A stretch of DNA of 64,000 nucleotides, from contig CP181291.1 in NCBI GenBank assembly GCA_052279835.1, positions 1,216,001 through 1,280,000 on the forward strand, in the 5' to 3' direction. Origin of the DNA: Microcoleus sp. (GTDB lineage: Bacteria > Cyanobacteriota > Cyanobacteriia > Cyanobacteriales > Microcoleaceae). How positions within the stretch are numbered: position 1 is the stretch's first letter; every line of letters begins with the position of its first letter. Below, piece after piece: positions 1 to 11,850 of the stretch. A program made the position numbers and the translations under genes. The notes under the pieces are model-generated. The model was given only the letters and a program-made list of their open reading frames with translations, was not told the origin of the DNA and ran no database searches.

Positions 1-381
1 AAGTCCCACTCGCAGCCTGATCCAATAGCTGGGCAAATAACCGCCGTAGAACAATCCTAAAATTGAAGCGGCAATATCGGCGATCGTCGATAGCTTAGGC
101 TGGAACAGCAGGTAGAAACAGATGAAGGTTCCAGCTAGGGGAAACATAGCATCTACCAGTTGTGGTGCAAGGGCGGCGGTAATTAGCAGAACTTGACTGA
201 CAACTAAGGTAGTTTTGGCAGCAGGTGCAATGCCCTTAGCCCTGGCTAGTTGAAAATATTCTAATTGGCCTAGGTAGACGATGATCCCGAAGCCGACGGT
301 GAAGTACCATCCGCCCAATATAATCATTCCCAAAGCAAGGACGATCGCAACTATTCCACTGAGGATACGAGACCACGGCAT
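1..381 (-). CDS. cdsA: Phosphatidate cytidylyltransferase, 5' part (runs off window)
   Basis: Manual translation from ATG at 381: MPWSRILSGIVAIVLALGMIILGGWYF...GQLEYFQL...YGGYLPSYW, hydrophobic, like cyanobacterial CdsA; follows cbiT. Confidence 0.8.
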   Translation of the reverse strand, partial: MPWSRILSGIVAIVLALGMIILGGWYFTVGFGIIVYLGQLEYFQLARAKGIAPAAKTTLVVSQVLLITAALAPQLVDAMFPLAGTFICFYLLFQPKLSTIADIAASILGLFYGGYLPSYWIRLRVGL

Positions 382-794
382 AAAATGAAATTCTCTTGCA
401 GACGGGGGCGGGTGATTCGATTTTGGATTTTGGATTTTAGATTTTGGATTTTTGTAGGGCACGGGTTCTTCCCCCATCAGTCATCCAAATATCTCAAGTC
501 ACGCGGTCAATCGAGTTATGTTTGCCCTTAATCTTAGTATGAAGGTTAACGGGACTTAAAAAAGGTTAAGAATTACATTTTAGGCATGGGAATGGGGCAT
601 TGGGCAACCAGCCCCTTGGGGGGAGCTGGGCGGGGGGTGATATTAATTACAGCTTGTATCGGAATGATTAAACCACAGAGGACACAGAGGACACAGAGAA
701 AGAGAAGAGAGAAATAATAATTCCGATGTCAACGGATTTGATATGACTTCTTCTTCCTTCTTCCTTCTTCTGTCTTCCTTCTTCCTTCTTCCTT

Positions 795-1388
795 CTAATC
801 TAGCTTTTCGCCACTGAGAATAAATATGGGATTGACAGCGGCAAAGGTTTGACTTAGCCCACGAGTCTCTAGGCGGTTGACGGCGGACTGAACTACTTCA
901 ATGTTGCGGACTTGCAATTGGGCGAAGCTTTCGGAAAGGGCGTAAAGATTCTCTAAATTGCTGGCGGTGGCGACAATTCGACCCTGGGGTTGCAAGTACC
1001 CCCAGACTTCTTGGACAATGGCTTTAATGGGGCGGCCTCCTTCTATGCAAACTCGGTGGGGGGGGTGGGACAGATTTTTGAGGCATTCCGGGGCGCTACC
1101 TTCTATGACTTCGACGTTGTTGAGCTCGAAGCGATCACAATTTCTGCGAATCAAGTTGGCTACCTCTTCATCTCTTTCGATGGCGATAATTTGACCTTTG
1201 GGACATAACAAACCTGTTTCTACGGCGATCGTACCAGTACCTGCGCCAATGTCCCAAACCACTGAGTCTGCTTGTAGACGTAGGTGAGAAATTAACAGCA
1301 GTCGGACTTCTCGTTTACTCATGGGAATACCCGGTAAACGTTCAAATAAATCGTCTGGGATACCAGGAGTGACGTAGGGCCAAAGCAT
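795..1388 (-). CDS. cbiT: Cobalt-precorrin-6B/precorrin-6Y methyltransferase (decarboxylating) CbiT
   Basis: GIPDDLFERLPGIPMSKREVR N-terminus, SAM motif WDIGAGTG. Confidence 0.9.
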   Translation of the reverse strand: MLWPYVTPGIPDDLFERLPGIPMSKREVRLLLISHLRLQADSVVWDIGAGTGTIAVETGLLCPKGQIIAIERDEEVANLIRRNCDRFELNNVEVIEGSAPECLKNLSHPPHRVCIEGGRPIKAIVQEVWGYLQPQGRIVATASNLENLYALSESFAQLQVRNIEVVQSAVNRLETRGLSQTFAAVNPIFILSGEKLD

Positions 1389-1481
1389 AGTTGTTCTATT
1401 TTAGATTTTAAATTCCAGCCAAGCCGCAGTTGGAAATGAGGAATCAGTAACAATTCTCGCCATTTCGCCCAGCCTTAATAT

Positions 1482-3002
1482 TTACTTTCGCACAACGTTG
1501 AGATTTTGGAGGTGGGTATCGCTGCAACCTGTGATTTTGCCACCCGCGAAGTGGATTTGTTTGAGGTATTCCAGGGCTTTTTGGGTAATGATTTCACCGG
1601 GCATCAACACAGGTATGCCTGGGGGATAAGGACAGATGAGTTCGGCACTGAGTCGATCGACTGCTTTGTCTGCTGCTACTGTTTCCGTTGCGGAAAAGAA
1701 GGCCTCGCGGGGAGAGAGTGGAGGAGGGGGAAAGTCGGGGAGTGGGAGAGTGGGGGATGGGGAGAGTGGGGGATGGGAAAAATCTTGTTTCTTCCTTCCC
1801 CCATTCTCCCTTTGGGAACCACGAGGGAGGGGTGGTTCTTCCTTCTCCTTGCTTCGAGCTAAAAGAGTACAAGCTTTAACTAAATTGTCAATATCTGATT
1901 CTGTATTTCCCAAGCTGATAATAAATGTGAGATGTTGTGGCATTGGCAATTCTGCGGTAACGCCGAGTTGAGAGTGCAGAATTTCATCTGCTGCAAATCC
2001 TGTGATTCCCAAATCCGATACTTTTACTGTTAGCCGCGTGGGGTCTAAATCGACAAAACCGGGTGTATTTAAGGTTTCTAAAACTGATATACCTGGAATT
2101 TTACTGATTGCCGATCGCGCTTTTTCTGCTAGTAGTAAAGTTTGGGTCATCAACTGTTCGCCGTGGAGGGCAATTTGTTGACGAGCGGAGTCTAGGGATG
2201 CTAATAATATGTAACTCGGACTGGTGGATTGTACTAACTGTAAAGCTCGATTTAATTTTGGGATATCTACCCTCGAACCCTTGACATGGAGCATTGAGGC
2301 TTGTGTCATTGCACCGAGAGTTTTGTGGATTGATTGTACTGTTAAATCGGCACCGGCTGATAGTGCTGATTCTGGCAAGTTGGGATGAAAGTTGAAGTGT
2401 GCGCCGTGGGCTTCATCTACTAATAATGGTATGTTGTATTGATGGGTAATTTTGGCGATCGCCCGCAAATCGCCACAGACGCCGTGATAGGTTGGGTAAA
2501 GCACCATGACTGCTTTGGCATCGGGATGCTGTGTTAATGCTGCTGCGGTGGCTTCTGGGGTGATGCAGTTGGCAATATCCCAATCCGAGTTGTATTCTGG
2601 ATTGACAAAAATGGGAATTGCACCGGATAAAATCAAACCAGAAATTGCCGATTGATGGATGTTTCGAGGTAGGATAATTTTATCTCCTGGGCCGCAAGTT
2701 GCGACAATTGCCGCGATGATTCCGCAAGTCGAACCGTTTGCTAAAAACCAAGTATGTTCGGCCCCAAATGCCTCAGCAGCTAAATTTTGAGCTTCTGCAA
2801 TTACGCCCTCTGGATTAAAGAGATTATCTAATTCTGGCAATTCGGGGAGGTCCGATCGAAATACTTGTGGCCCTAATAAGTCAACTAACCGCCCTGAGAT
2901 TCCTTGACCGCCTTTGTGTCCGGGGGCGTAAAATGGGGAGTGATGGTGATTGGTGCGATCGCGCAAAGCATCTAATAAAGGCGTGTTTGTTTGAGAGTTC
3001 AT
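1482..3002 (-). CDS. Orn/Lys/Arg decarboxylase family, PLP-dependent
   Basis: PGHKGG, LANGST, DEAHG, QSIHKT (PLP lysine), PYPPGIP; low-complexity insert near the C-terminus. Confidence 0.9.
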   Translation of the reverse strand: MNSQTNTPLLDALRDRTNHHHSPFYAPGHKGGQGISGRLVDLLGPQVFRSDLPELPELDNLFNPEGVIAEAQNLAAEAFGAEHTWFLANGSTCGIIAAIVATCGPGDKIILPRNIHQSAISGLILSGAIPIFVNPEYNSDWDIANCITPEATAAALTQHPDAKAVMVLYPTYHGVCGDLRAIAKITHQYNIPLLVDEAHGAHFNFHPNLPESALSAGADLTVQSIHKTLGAMTQASMLHVKGSRVDIPKLNRALQLVQSTSPSYILLASLDSARQQIALHGEQLMTQTLLLAEKARSAISKIPGISVLETLNTPGFVDLDPTRLTVKVSDLGITGFAADEILHSQLGVTAELPMPQHLTFIISLGNTESDIDNLVKACTLLARSKEKEEPPLPRGSQRENGGRKKQDFSHPPLSPSPTLPLPDFPPPPLSPREAFFSATETVAADKAVDRLSAELICPYPPGIPVLMPGEIITQKALEYLKQIHFAGGKITGCSDTHLQNLNVVRK

Positions 3003-3124
3003 CCCTGATTTGTTTCATCCTGAGTTGATTATTTGAGAGCGGCTTGAGTTTTGGCTAGGCTGTGTGCAATTTTTGGGAAAGTCTAGGCAACGACTGTTAA
3101 TAATTCTCTCTTTTAATCGCCGAA

Positions 3125-6088
3125 TCAAGTGACAGCTACAGCCTCACCCAAAGGATGTTCCTGCAAAACAACTTGCAGATATTTCCCAGTATAAGAACGA
3201 GGATTAGCCGCCACGTCCTCCGGCGTTCCAGCCACAATTATCTCACCTCCCTTATCTCCCCCTTCCGGCCCCAAATCGATCGCCCAATCGCAGCACCGAA
3301 TCACATCCAAATTGTGTTCAATCACCAAAATGGAATTCCCCTTATCCACCAATCTTTGTAACACATTTAACAAATGATGAACGTCATAGAACGACAAACC
3401 AGTCGTCGGTTCATCTATCAAATAAAGCGTCTTCCCAGTAGCGCGACGGGACAATTCCGTTGCCAATTTCACCCGCTGTGCTTCGCCCCCAGAAAGGGTC
3501 GGTGCGGGCTGTCCCAACTGAATGTAACCCAAGCCAACATCAGCCAAAGTTTGCAGTCTAGCACCAGCCCTAGGAATGTTTTTAAACATTTCCAAAGCTT
3601 CCTCCACAGTCATGTTCAAAACATCAGAAATTGACTTGCCTTTATACTTCACTTGCAGGGTTTCCCGGTTGTAGCGCGCCCCTTTACAAACCTCACACTG
3701 CACGTAAACATCGGGCAGAAAATTCATCGAAATAACGTTAACACCTTGACCGCTGCAAGCTTCACACCTGCCTCCTTTGACGTTGAACGAAAACTGTCCG
3801 GCTTTGTAACCTCTGGTTTTAGCTTCAATGCTTTCTGCAAACAAATCTCGAATCACATCAAAGACTCCCGTGTAAGTGGCGGGATTGGAACGCGGAGTAC
3901 GACCGATGGGAGATTGATCGATGACAATTACCTTATCAACTACATCTTCTATGGAGCGTTCACCTTTGGTTTTGAGCGCGTCCATATCGGGTGGTAAAGG
4001 AACTTTTTTTGTGAGGTAGTGCTGTAAGGAAGGATACAGCAATTCATTGATTAATGTAGATTTTCCCGAACCTGAAACTCCCGTAACACAGACCAGTTTT
4101 CCCAGGGGAATTTCTACATTAATATTTCTTAAATTATTGCGCCTCGCATTGGTGATGGAGAGAGATTTGCCATTGCCTTTTCTCCTTTGGGCTGGGGTTT
4201 CAATTACTCGCTTTCCTGACAGATAAGCACCAGTTAATGATTCCTCAGCCGCTAGCAAGTCTTCTAAAGTTCCTTGGGATATGATTTTGCCACCGTGTAC
4301 GCCGGCGCCCGGTCCGATATCCACAATGTGATCTGCCGATCGCATTGTTTCTTCATCATGCTCTACTACAATCAAAGTATTGCCTAAATCTCGTAACTTT
4401 GTTAAAGTTTGCAGCAGTCGAAAATTGTCTCTTTGGTGCAAACCAATGCTGGGTTCGTCCAAAACATAAAGGACTCCGGTCAAACCGGAACCGATTTGAG
4501 TAGCTAGTCGAATTCGCTGGGCTTCCCCACCAGAAAGGGTCATTGCTGCGCGGTCTAAAGTCAAATAATCTAACCCGACATCAAGCAAAAATTGCAGTCT
4601 GGCTTTGATTTCTCTGAGGGCTAAATCGGATATTTGAAATTGCCGATCGCTCAATCCTAAATTATCTACTCGTTCCCGGCATTCCCGAATCGAAATACTG
4701 GTTAAATCTACAATGCCGTACTGTCCCAACCGCACTGAAAGTGCTTCTGGTTTCAAGCGTTTGCCTTGACAAACATGGCAATGCTTATCAACGCGATACT
4801 GTTCCAACTTCTGCTTAATCAAATCAGAACCAGTATCTTCATACTGGCGCTGCAACATAGCAATTACACCTTTAAAATCTCTTCTTAAATCGCTGGAATT
4901 GGGGTCGCGTTTCTTATTTTCTCTTGTTTGATTTTCCTCATTGCCATACAAAACTACCCGCTGGTGTTCCGGCTTTAAACGATACCAAGGAGTGTCAATA
5001 TTAAATCCGCAAGCATCAGCAACACTGCAAAGTAAAGAGAGATAATAGGAATTGTCTTTATCCGACCAAGGGGCGATCGCACAATAAATAGGGGCTTTCG
5101 CATCCGGGACTACCAACTCTGGCGCAAAGGTGCGTAAACTGCCCAAACCGTGACAGTTTGGACACGCACCATAGGGCGAATTAAATGAAAATAACCGGGG
5201 CGACAGTTCTTCCATTACTGCGCCGTGTTCCGGGCACGCAAAGTTTTCGGAAAATACGATGGGTGGATTTGGTTCGGAATTTTCCTCTGCGGGTAACTCT
5301 TCTATGATGGCAATTCCTTCCGAATGACGCAGACAAGTCGAGAGAGAATCAACTAGACGTTCTTCTAAACCAGGTTTTTTAATTAACCTGTCAATAACTA
5401 TTTCGATGTTGTGGGTATGATTTTTATCTAATTCGATATTTTCCGAAAGTTCTAAAATCTCGCCGTTAACTTTGACCCGACTAAATCCTTCTGCGGCTAA
5501 ACTGGATAATAATTTGCGGTGAGTGCCTTTTTTTCCGCGTACCACGGGTGCGAGAAGGTGAAAGCGAGTACCGTCAGGAAGGGCCATGACGCGATCGCAC
5601 ATTTCATCAATTGTCTGTGGTGCAATGCAGCGATCGCAAATCGGACAGTGGGGTTCGCCAGCTCTGCCGTAGAGTAGTCTCAGGTAATCATAAATTTCTG
5701 TAACAGTGCCCACAGTCGATCGCGGGTTGTGGGAAGTTGACTTTTGGTCGATCGAGATAGCCGGACTCAAGCCCTCAATTGCGTCCACATCCGGCTTATC
5801 CAACTGTCCCAAAAACTGTCGCGCGTAGGCGCTGAGAGACTCCACGTAGCGGCGCTGTCCCTCGGCAAAAATTGTATCGAAAGCCAGGGAAGACTTACCA
5901 GAACCGGACACACCCGTAAACACGATCAGGCGATCGCGCGGCAGTTCCAAATCCACATTCTTGAGGTTGTGCTGTCTGGCACCGCGAACCCGAATCGTAT
6001 TTTGGTTATGAGAGTTAGGAGTCGTCAGATTATGCCCGTTGAGGGATGCACTTGGCTGGCTGTTTGAGGTTTCGGGGCGTTGGGACAT
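3125..6088 (-). CDS. uvrA: Excinuclease ABC subunit A
   Basis: Two ABC ATPase modules (GVSGSGKS x2, LSGGEAQR x2), Zn-finger CxxC pairs. Confidence 0.98.
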   Translation of the reverse strand: MSQRPETSNSQPSASLNGHNLTTPNSHNQNTIRVRGARQHNLKNVDLELPRDRLIVFTGVSGSGKSSLAFDTIFAEGQRRYVESLSAYARQFLGQLDKPDVDAIEGLSPAISIDQKSTSHNPRSTVGTVTEIYDYLRLLYGRAGEPHCPICDRCIAPQTIDEMCDRVMALPDGTRFHLLAPVVRGKKGTHRKLLSSLAAEGFSRVKVNGEILELSENIELDKNHTHNIEIVIDRLIKKPGLEERLVDSLSTCLRHSEGIAIIEELPAEENSEPNPPIVFSENFACPEHGAVMEELSPRLFSFNSPYGACPNCHGLGSLRTFAPELVVPDAKAPIYCAIAPWSDKDNSYYLSLLCSVADACGFNIDTPWYRLKPEHQRVVLYGNEENQTRENKKRDPNSSDLRRDFKGVIAMLQRQYEDTGSDLIKQKLEQYRVDKHCHVCQGKRLKPEALSVRLGQYGIVDLTSISIRECRERVDNLGLSDRQFQISDLALREIKARLQFLLDVGLDYLTLDRAAMTLSGGEAQRIRLATQIGSGLTGVLYVLDEPSIGLHQRDNFRLLQTLTKLRDLGNTLIVVEHDEETMRSADHIVDIGPGAGVHGGKIISQGTLEDLLAAEESLTGAYLSGKRVIETPAQRRKGNGKSLSITNARRNNLRNINVEIPLGKLVCVTGVSGSGKSTLINELLYPSLQHYLTKKVPLPPDMDALKTKGERSIEDVVDKVIVIDQSPIGRTPRSNPATYTGVFDVIRDLFAESIEAKTRGYKAGQFSFNVKGGRCEACSGQGVNVISMNFLPDVYVQCEVCKGARYNRETLQVKYKGKSISDVLNMTVEEALEMFKNIPRAGARLQTLADVGLGYIQLGQPAPTLSGGEAQRVKLATELSRRATGKTLYLIDEPTTGLSFYDVHHLLNVLQRLVDKGNSILVIEHNLDVIRCCDWAIDLGPEGGDKGGEIIVAGTPEDVAANPRSYTGKYLQVVLQEHPLGEAVAVT

Positions 6089-6399
6089 GGGAGTAGTGCA
6101 AAACAGTGCTTAACTATCTTAGCGCTGCCTTTGGAATAGCTGGCATCCAAACTCAAGAATATCAAAGAATCGTCAAATAAGTTTCCGTCGCCCCGTGGGG
6201 CTAAACCTGGAATCTTTGATTTTTCAAATCCAGTTCCATATTCTGTACGAATAAACAATTATCCTTGGTCTTCCTAGGTGATATAAAATCCTCTCTTCAT
6301 CGTCCTGTATTAAACTTTCTCTCCTCTTCCTTCGCGTCATGAGCGCCTTCGCGGTTAAATCATTCCGATACAACCGGAATTGATATGAGATGCTGGGAA

Positions 6400-7029
6400 C
6401 TATGGCACGCCAATAAACTTGTGAGTTTGCAAAGATAACCTGTAATTAGGGTTTTGTTTTAGCAATTCCAAGATAATCGGAATAGCTGCATCTTTCGAGT
6501 TCCATTCCGGTTGTAAAAAAACCGGAATATCTACATTGTTTGCCAAATATTTCTGATAAAATTCAACTTCTTTACCAGTGCTAACCACCAATTTAATTTC
6601 ATTAGCTCTACTCCAAAAAAGCTCTTGTACCGGATATTTAGGACTGACGTGTTCTTTAGGAGAAAGAGTAATCCAAGCCTGGGGTGAAACATCTAGCCAG
6701 TAAGCACCGGAAGTTTCAATACTCACTTGCTTATCGGCGCCTAACAAAGTTTGTACTAACTCAGGTAAATCCCGGTGAATGAAAGGCTCACCGCCAGTGA
6801 TCACAACTCTTCTAGAGTGCAACTGAGCTAGCAATTGGGCGATCGACTGTGGTACTGCGGGTAAACCTTTGCCACCATTGGAGTAACCAGTATCGCACCA
6901 AGGACACCTCACAGGGCAACCGGCTAATCTGATAAAATCAACTAAAGTCCCCGTCCAGTATCCCTCGCCTTGAACGGTAGACTGAAAAGTTTCGTGAATT
7001 GGCAATTTTACCTGTAAATTAGACACCAT
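6400..7029 (-). CDS. queE: 7-carboxy-7-deazaguanine synthase (radical SAM)
   Basis: STVQGEG, CPVRCPWCDT, ITGGEP, SIETSG, RLSLQTHK; start placed at ATG 7029 (ORF open to 7107). Confidence 0.9.
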   Translation of the reverse strand: MVSNLQVKLPIHETFQSTVQGEGYWTGTLVDFIRLAGCPVRCPWCDTGYSNGGKGLPAVPQSIAQLLAQLHSRRVVITGGEPFIHRDLPELVQTLLGADKQVSIETSGAYWLDVSPQAWITLSPKEHVSPKYPVQELFWSRANEIKLVVSTGKEVEFYQKYLANNVDIPVFLQPEWNSKDAAIPIILELLKQNPNYRLSLQTHKFIGVP

Positions 7030-7204
7030 AATTTCTGCCTTAAACCAATTAATTAGGTTATTTGAATATAGTATTAAATGGTTCCCAGACTCTTCCTGGG
7101 GAACCATGTAACTCTTGCTGTGCCTCGAAGAGTGGAGTTGGAGGCACAGCCGACGGATCTACCTTACCCGATTGGTGAGAACATTGCAGTACCTACAAGT
7201 TATA

Positions 7205-9970
7205 TTAGTTAGGCGGGTCAAAGCGGTTGACGGAGAGAGCAACACCGATCATGGGTAAAGCTACACCGAAACAAATGAGCCACTGATCCAAGTTCATGGG
7301 AGCCGTCTCAAATATGCTATTGATAAACGGAGAATTGGCAAAGATAATCTGCAAAATCACCGCTACTACAATTCCCACACCGAGGGCGGGGGCACCACTA
7401 ACTTTTTCCTGAAAACCGCTAAATTTAGCCATCAAAGAAGGTAACAATTGGCTGAGGCTTAATAGGTAAAAAATTCTCCCCATTACTAAAGCTTGAATGG
7501 CCATGGTGCGGGCGAGTTCGATGGTTCCCCAATCGGCTTGGCGCACCCATTCAAACATTCCGAAAATCACAGTCCAGTTGTAAAGAGAAATAGCGATGAT
7601 TCGCTTGATCCGATTTGGAGTCAGTAAAGGTTCGTTTGCCGATCGCGGTTGTTGTTTCATGACTCCCGTGGACTTGGGCTCGAAAGCCAAGGGCACAGTC
7701 ATCGTAATCGAATTGAGCATATTCAGCCAGAGAATTTGTAGCGACAAAATCGGCAATTCCCGGCCCAGCAGGGTGCTGAGCAAAATTGTCATCGATTCTC
7801 CGCCGTTGACTGGGAGAATGAAGCTAATTGCTTTGAGCAGATTTTTGTAAACCGATCGCCCTTCTTCTACAGCAGATTCGATCGAGGCAAAGTTATCATC
7901 CGTCAGAATCATATCAGCGGCTTCCTTAGAAACCTCCGTACCGCTACCCATCGCAATCCCGATATCGGCTTGTTTGAGAGCGGGCGCGTCGTTAACGCCA
8001 TCTCCCGTCATCGCCACAATTTCGCCTTTTTGCTGCAAAGCTTCTACCAGGCGCAGTTTTTGTTCCGGGGCGACGCGGGCAAAAACTGAGCCGGCTTCTA
8101 CAGCTTCGGCGAGTTGATGCTTATCCATGGCGGCGAGTTCGGCGCCGGTGTAGGCTACAAGTTCTCTGTTATGTTTAGTTTTGCGGAATCCCATCCGACG
8201 GGCGATCGCCTTGGCTGTGGCGATGTGGTCGCCAGTAATCATTTTGACTTGAATGCCAGCGGTTTGACAAGCTTGGACGGCTGCGATCGCTTCTGCCCTG
8301 GGTGGGTCGATCATACCTTGAAGGCCCAAGAAAATCAGCCCTGATTCCAAATCCCCATGATTGACGGAATTTTGGCTGTCTGGTACTGGCTTTTTCGCTA
8401 AAGCCAAGACGCGCAAGCCTTGTTCTGCCATTTCCTCGACAGAAAGGTGAGTTTGTTCGCGATCGACTTGAACCAAATTTCCTTGAGTATCGAGGCTGGA
8501 GGCGCAGCGGCTCAAAACTGATTCTACGGAACCTTTCACGTACAAAATTTTGCCAGTGGGAGTTTTGTGCAAAGTTGCCATGTATTGAAACTGCGATTCA
8601 AAGGGAATTGAATCCAGTCGCGGCATTGACTTTTCTAAACTTTGCTGGCTTAATTCTCCTTTTTTGGCAACAGCAATTAACGCTCCTTCTGTCGGATTTC
8701 CAACGACAATCCAATCATCATTTTTAAATTCCAAGTGAGAGTCATTGCAAATCATTCCAGCTTGCAGACATTCTTGCAAAGTTGGAGCTTGACTAACATT
8801 AATTGGCAGTTGGTTGAGCTGAATTTCACCTTCGGGGCTATATCCCGTACCCGTAACCGAGTAGGATGCGCCACCAGAATAGATTTCTTGCACTGTCATC
8901 TGGTTTTCTGTCAAAGTTCCGGTTTTGTCGGAACAGATGACTGTGGCGCCACCTAGGGTCTCTACAGCAGGCAATTTACGGACGATCGCGTGGCGAGATG
9001 CCATCCGGGAAACGCCCACGGCGAGGGTAACGGTGATGACGGCGGGTAAGCCTTCGGGAATTGCACCGACAATTAGCGCGACGGCTGGTTCGACAGCTTC
9101 TTTAAAGGCTGAAATTCCTGGTGCCGCTGGTTTGCCCAATCTAACAGCAAAGGTCAAGGTTGCCATTCCCAACACAAATAACAGCCAGTTTTGACTAAAT
9201 TCGTTGAATTTGCGGGTTAAGGGCGTGGTGAGATCGATATGTCGATCTAATAATTGGGAGATTTTGCCGGTTTCGGTTTTATTGGCGATCGCAATTACGA
9301 TACCGCTACCTTGACCAAAAGTGACAAAACTGCCAGCATAGGCCATATTGTCCCGTTCTGCTAGCGGCGTTTCTTTCGGTAGCACCAAGTCTCCCGATTG
9401 TCCTAATTCTTTTTCGACGGCTACGGATTCCCCAGTGAGTCCCGATTCGTCTATTTGTAAGTCGCGCACTTTAATTAAGCGCAAGTCAGCCGGTACTTTG
9501 TCACCGGAAGTTAGGGTTACTAAGTCCCCTACCACAAGTTCTTTTGAGGGAACTCTTAATTTTTTGCCACCCCGAATCACTGTAGCTTCCGTAGTGACAG
9601 CTTTGGCGAGGGCTTCGATTTTTTTCTCGGCTCCGGCTTCTTGGATGAAACTGATAGTAGCATTGGTGGTGGTGACTCCCCAAATTACGCTGGCGTTGAG
9701 CCATTCTCCGATCAGGGCTTTAATTAAACCAGCACTCAGCAAGATGATGAGGAGGGGTTGGTTAAATTGCAGGACAAATTTTAACCAGGCGGGTTTCCCT
9801 GCTTTAACTGTTAGTTCGTTGGGACCGAATTTTTGTTGGCGAATGGCAACTTCGCTCGATTCTAAACCTTGGTCTAGGTTGGTTTCTAAGATAGTTGCAA
9901 CCTTCGATCTTTCTAGGTAGTGCCAATATTGCTCTGCTACGTCTACATCGTTGGCGGCTATTGCTGGCAT
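7205..9970 (-). CDS. Cation-transporting P-type ATPase (type II-like)
   Basis: TGES, PEGL, DKTGTLT, MITGD, TGDGVND motifs. Confidence 0.95.
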   Translation of the reverse strand: MPAIAANDVDVAEQYWHYLERSKVATILETNLDQGLESSEVAIRQQKFGPNELTVKAGKPAWLKFVLQFNQPLLIILLSAGLIKALIGEWLNASVIWGVTTTNATISFIQEAGAEKKIEALAKAVTTEATVIRGGKKLRVPSKELVVGDLVTLTSGDKVPADLRLIKVRDLQIDESGLTGESVAVEKELGQSGDLVLPKETPLAERDNMAYAGSFVTFGQGSGIVIAIANKTETGKISQLLDRHIDLTTPLTRKFNEFSQNWLLFVLGMATLTFAVRLGKPAAPGISAFKEAVEPAVALIVGAIPEGLPAVITVTLAVGVSRMASRHAIVRKLPAVETLGGATVICSDKTGTLTENQMTVQEIYSGGASYSVTGTGYSPEGEIQLNQLPINVSQAPTLQECLQAGMICNDSHLEFKNDDWIVVGNPTEGALIAVAKKGELSQQSLEKSMPRLDSIPFESQFQYMATLHKTPTGKILYVKGSVESVLSRCASSLDTQGNLVQVDREQTHLSVEEMAEQGLRVLALAKKPVPDSQNSVNHGDLESGLIFLGLQGMIDPPRAEAIAAVQACQTAGIQVKMITGDHIATAKAIARRMGFRKTKHNRELVAYTGAELAAMDKHQLAEAVEAGSVFARVAPEQKLRLVEALQQKGEIVAMTGDGVNDAPALKQADIGIAMGSGTEVSKEAADMILTDDNFASIESAVEEGRSVYKNLLKAISFILPVNGGESMTILLSTLLGRELPILSLQILWLNMLNSITMTVPLAFEPKSTGVMKQQPRSANEPLLTPNRIKRIIAISLYNWTVIFGMFEWVRQADWGTIELARTMAIQALVMGRIFYLLSLSQLLPSLMAKFSGFQEKVSGAPALGVGIVVAVILQIIFANSPFINSIFETAPMNLDQWLICFGVALPMIGVALSVNRFDPPN

Positions 9971-10228
9971 GATTTTTCCTGAATATTTGCTCTTGAGTCT
10001 GACGAGCTGTTATCGCTCCTCAATAGGCGCGCTTCATATATTAAACTAGCTAATGGTTTGTGGGTGGCTTTAACGGGCTGTGACTTAGATCTATCTTACA
10101 CCGGATGTGTCCGTCTGTTGCCAGATATTGGGAGAATTTTTTTCAAGGAAGAAGCAAGAAAAAAATACTCTCCCGCTGGCGATCGCAAACCGTGTTAAAA
10201 CCTAGTTAAGCGACCAAATTCTGAACTT

Positions 10229-11251
10229 ATGGAAATACTTGTGACGCTGGTGCTGGGCTCGGTGCTGTTAGTCTGGGGAATCAGGTTCGGAAAGGTGTTA
10301 GTTCGATCGGGAGTAACGGCTAATGACTTATTTAAGGGTCGAAATGCGATCGCCCTGCTGTTTTTAGGTTTCTATTTTGGCTTGCTGCTACTGGCTCTAA
10401 ATCTGCCACAAATGCCAGCTTTGCCGATCGAGTGGCGCGTGAACGGGATGCGAGTTACTTGGACATTGTTGCGAGTAATGTTGATGGGAGTTTGCGGTAT
10501 TGGCTTGAGTATAAGCTGGCAGACAGCGCGATCGCAAGTAATTGCCGTCATCTTAATAGGCTTGTTGGGATTAGGCGGATTTACCAGCGCCCAATCCTAT
10601 TTCCTGGCACCAATTTACGCTGATTTAATTGACAATTTGCAGCCCAACGGTGTATTTCGCCAAACATCTAACAGCAGTTGTGCTCCCGCAGCCCTAGCCA
10701 CAATTTTGAGAAGGTGGGGAATGAATGCCACCGAATCAAGTGTAGCCCGTTTGGCAGGAACCAGTCGTTTAGGAACTTCCATGCCCCAGTTAATTATAGC
10801 AGCAAGAGCTTTAGGAATGCAAGGAATTGAACTAACTCCAAGTTGGGAGCAAATACAGCAAATTAATCGCCCCGGAGTATTAGCAGTTTGGCTATTTGAC
10901 GGCCCTCGCAAACTTCCCCACGCCGTCGCTTTATTGGGAATGAGTAATAATATTGCTACCATTGGCGATCCGGCGCGGGGCAGAATTTTCTATTTAGACA
11001 GAGCAACTTTTGCGAAGATTTGGCGGGAGCAATACGTGCCAATTTTTCGTGCTGCGGATATCTCGTTAACTGACAAACAAGCGATTGATTATTTAAATAA
11101 GTTTGGATATAATTCTGGTAATTTTCCAGCAGATATCGAGCGCTTTCAGAAAGATAAAAAAATAAAAGTCAGTGGTAAGTTAGACCCGATGACTGAGTTA
11201 ATGTTAAGCGGCAATTTTTTGGAAGGAGTGCCGAGACTGGACGGGAAATAA
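10229..11251 (+). CDS. Membrane-anchored C39-family cysteine peptidase with C-terminal peptidoglycan-binding-like domain
   Basis: About 4 N-terminal TM segments; QTSNSSCAPAAL, HAVAL, IGDP; C-terminal LNKFGY...IERFQKDKKIKVSGKLDPMT. Confidence 0.75.
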   Translation: MEILVTLVLGSVLLVWGIRFGKVLVRSGVTANDLFKGRNAIALLFLGFYFGLLLLALNLPQMPALPIEWRVNGMRVTWTLLRVMLMGVCGIGLSISWQTARSQVIAVILIGLLGLGGFTSAQSYFLAPIYADLIDNLQPNGVFRQTSNSSCAPAALATILRRWGMNATESSVARLAGTSRLGTSMPQLIIAARALGMQGIELTPSWEQIQQINRPGVLAVWLFDGPRKLPHAVALLGMSNNIATIGDPARGRIFYLDRATFAKIWREQYVPIFRAADISLTDKQAIDYLNKFGYNSGNFPADIERFQKDKKIKVSGKLDPMTELMLSGNFLEGVPRLDGK

Positions 11252-11333
11252 ACAAGGAAATGTAGGGGCGGGTTTTACCAACCATAAACGCCAAAAATTG
11301 CTAACCTCGAAAACCCGCCCCTCCTCTTTGAGC

Positions 11334-11618
11334 TTAATAAACTTCATCATGAGTGCCGATGTCTAGCAGAACAATGACTTCTGTGTTTGTTTCAGCATCC
11401 TGCTCGATAGAGAAGACAACACGACAATCATAGCCACAAGAACAAGACTGAAAACCGTCAAGTTGACCGCTTAGTTTATGAGTACCTAAGCCAGGGAAAA
11501 ATACGTCTGCTTCCATTTGTTGAAGAGTATTTTCAATGCGCTGCTGGAGGTCAGCATTTCGCCTCACAAACTTTCGGAATGCCCGTTTGAATTTAGGCGT
11601 TAAAATCAGCCGTCTCAT
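11334..11618 (-). CDS. RelE/YafQ-like type II toxin (mRNA interferase)
   Basis: MRRLILTPKFKRAF...HKLSG...RVVF...LLDIGTHDEVY; ATG overlaps the antitoxin stop (ATGA). Confidence 0.85.
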   Translation of the reverse strand: MRRLILTPKFKRAFRKFVRRNADLQQRIENTLQQMEADVFFPGLGTHKLSGQLDGFQSCSCGYDCRVVFSIEQDAETNTEVIVLLDIGTHDEVY

Positions 11619-11845
11619 AATTCTGGCTCGTCGCACAAAGACTGGCGCAAAGCTGCAACGACATCCTCGGCTGATTGCTGTCGAAATTGACCTGCACGGA
11701 AATCAGCCAAGGTTTGTTGGGCATCCACAGCTATTTCTGCACGGCGACTTTCGCGGTGACGGTTTTGTAGAAGTTTAATCAACATTTCCTGCTGTTCATA
11801 GGTTAGATTCAAAGCAGTTTCTAGCACTTGGTCAAGGGTATTCAT
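11615..11845 (-). CDS. Probable antitoxin of the downstream RelE/YafQ-like toxin
   Basis: 76 aa, translationally coupled upstream of the toxin. Confidence 0.7.
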   Translation of the reverse strand: MNTLDQVLETALNLTYEQQEMLIKLLQNRHRESRRAEIAVDAQQTLADFRAGQFRQQSAEDVVAALRQSLCDEPEL

Positions 11846-11850
11846 ATCAT

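Noticed and set aside
7081..7152. preQ1 riboswitch upstream of queE
   Set aside because: The hairpins resemble the REP-like family also at about 33959-34007, and I see no preQ1 consensus.
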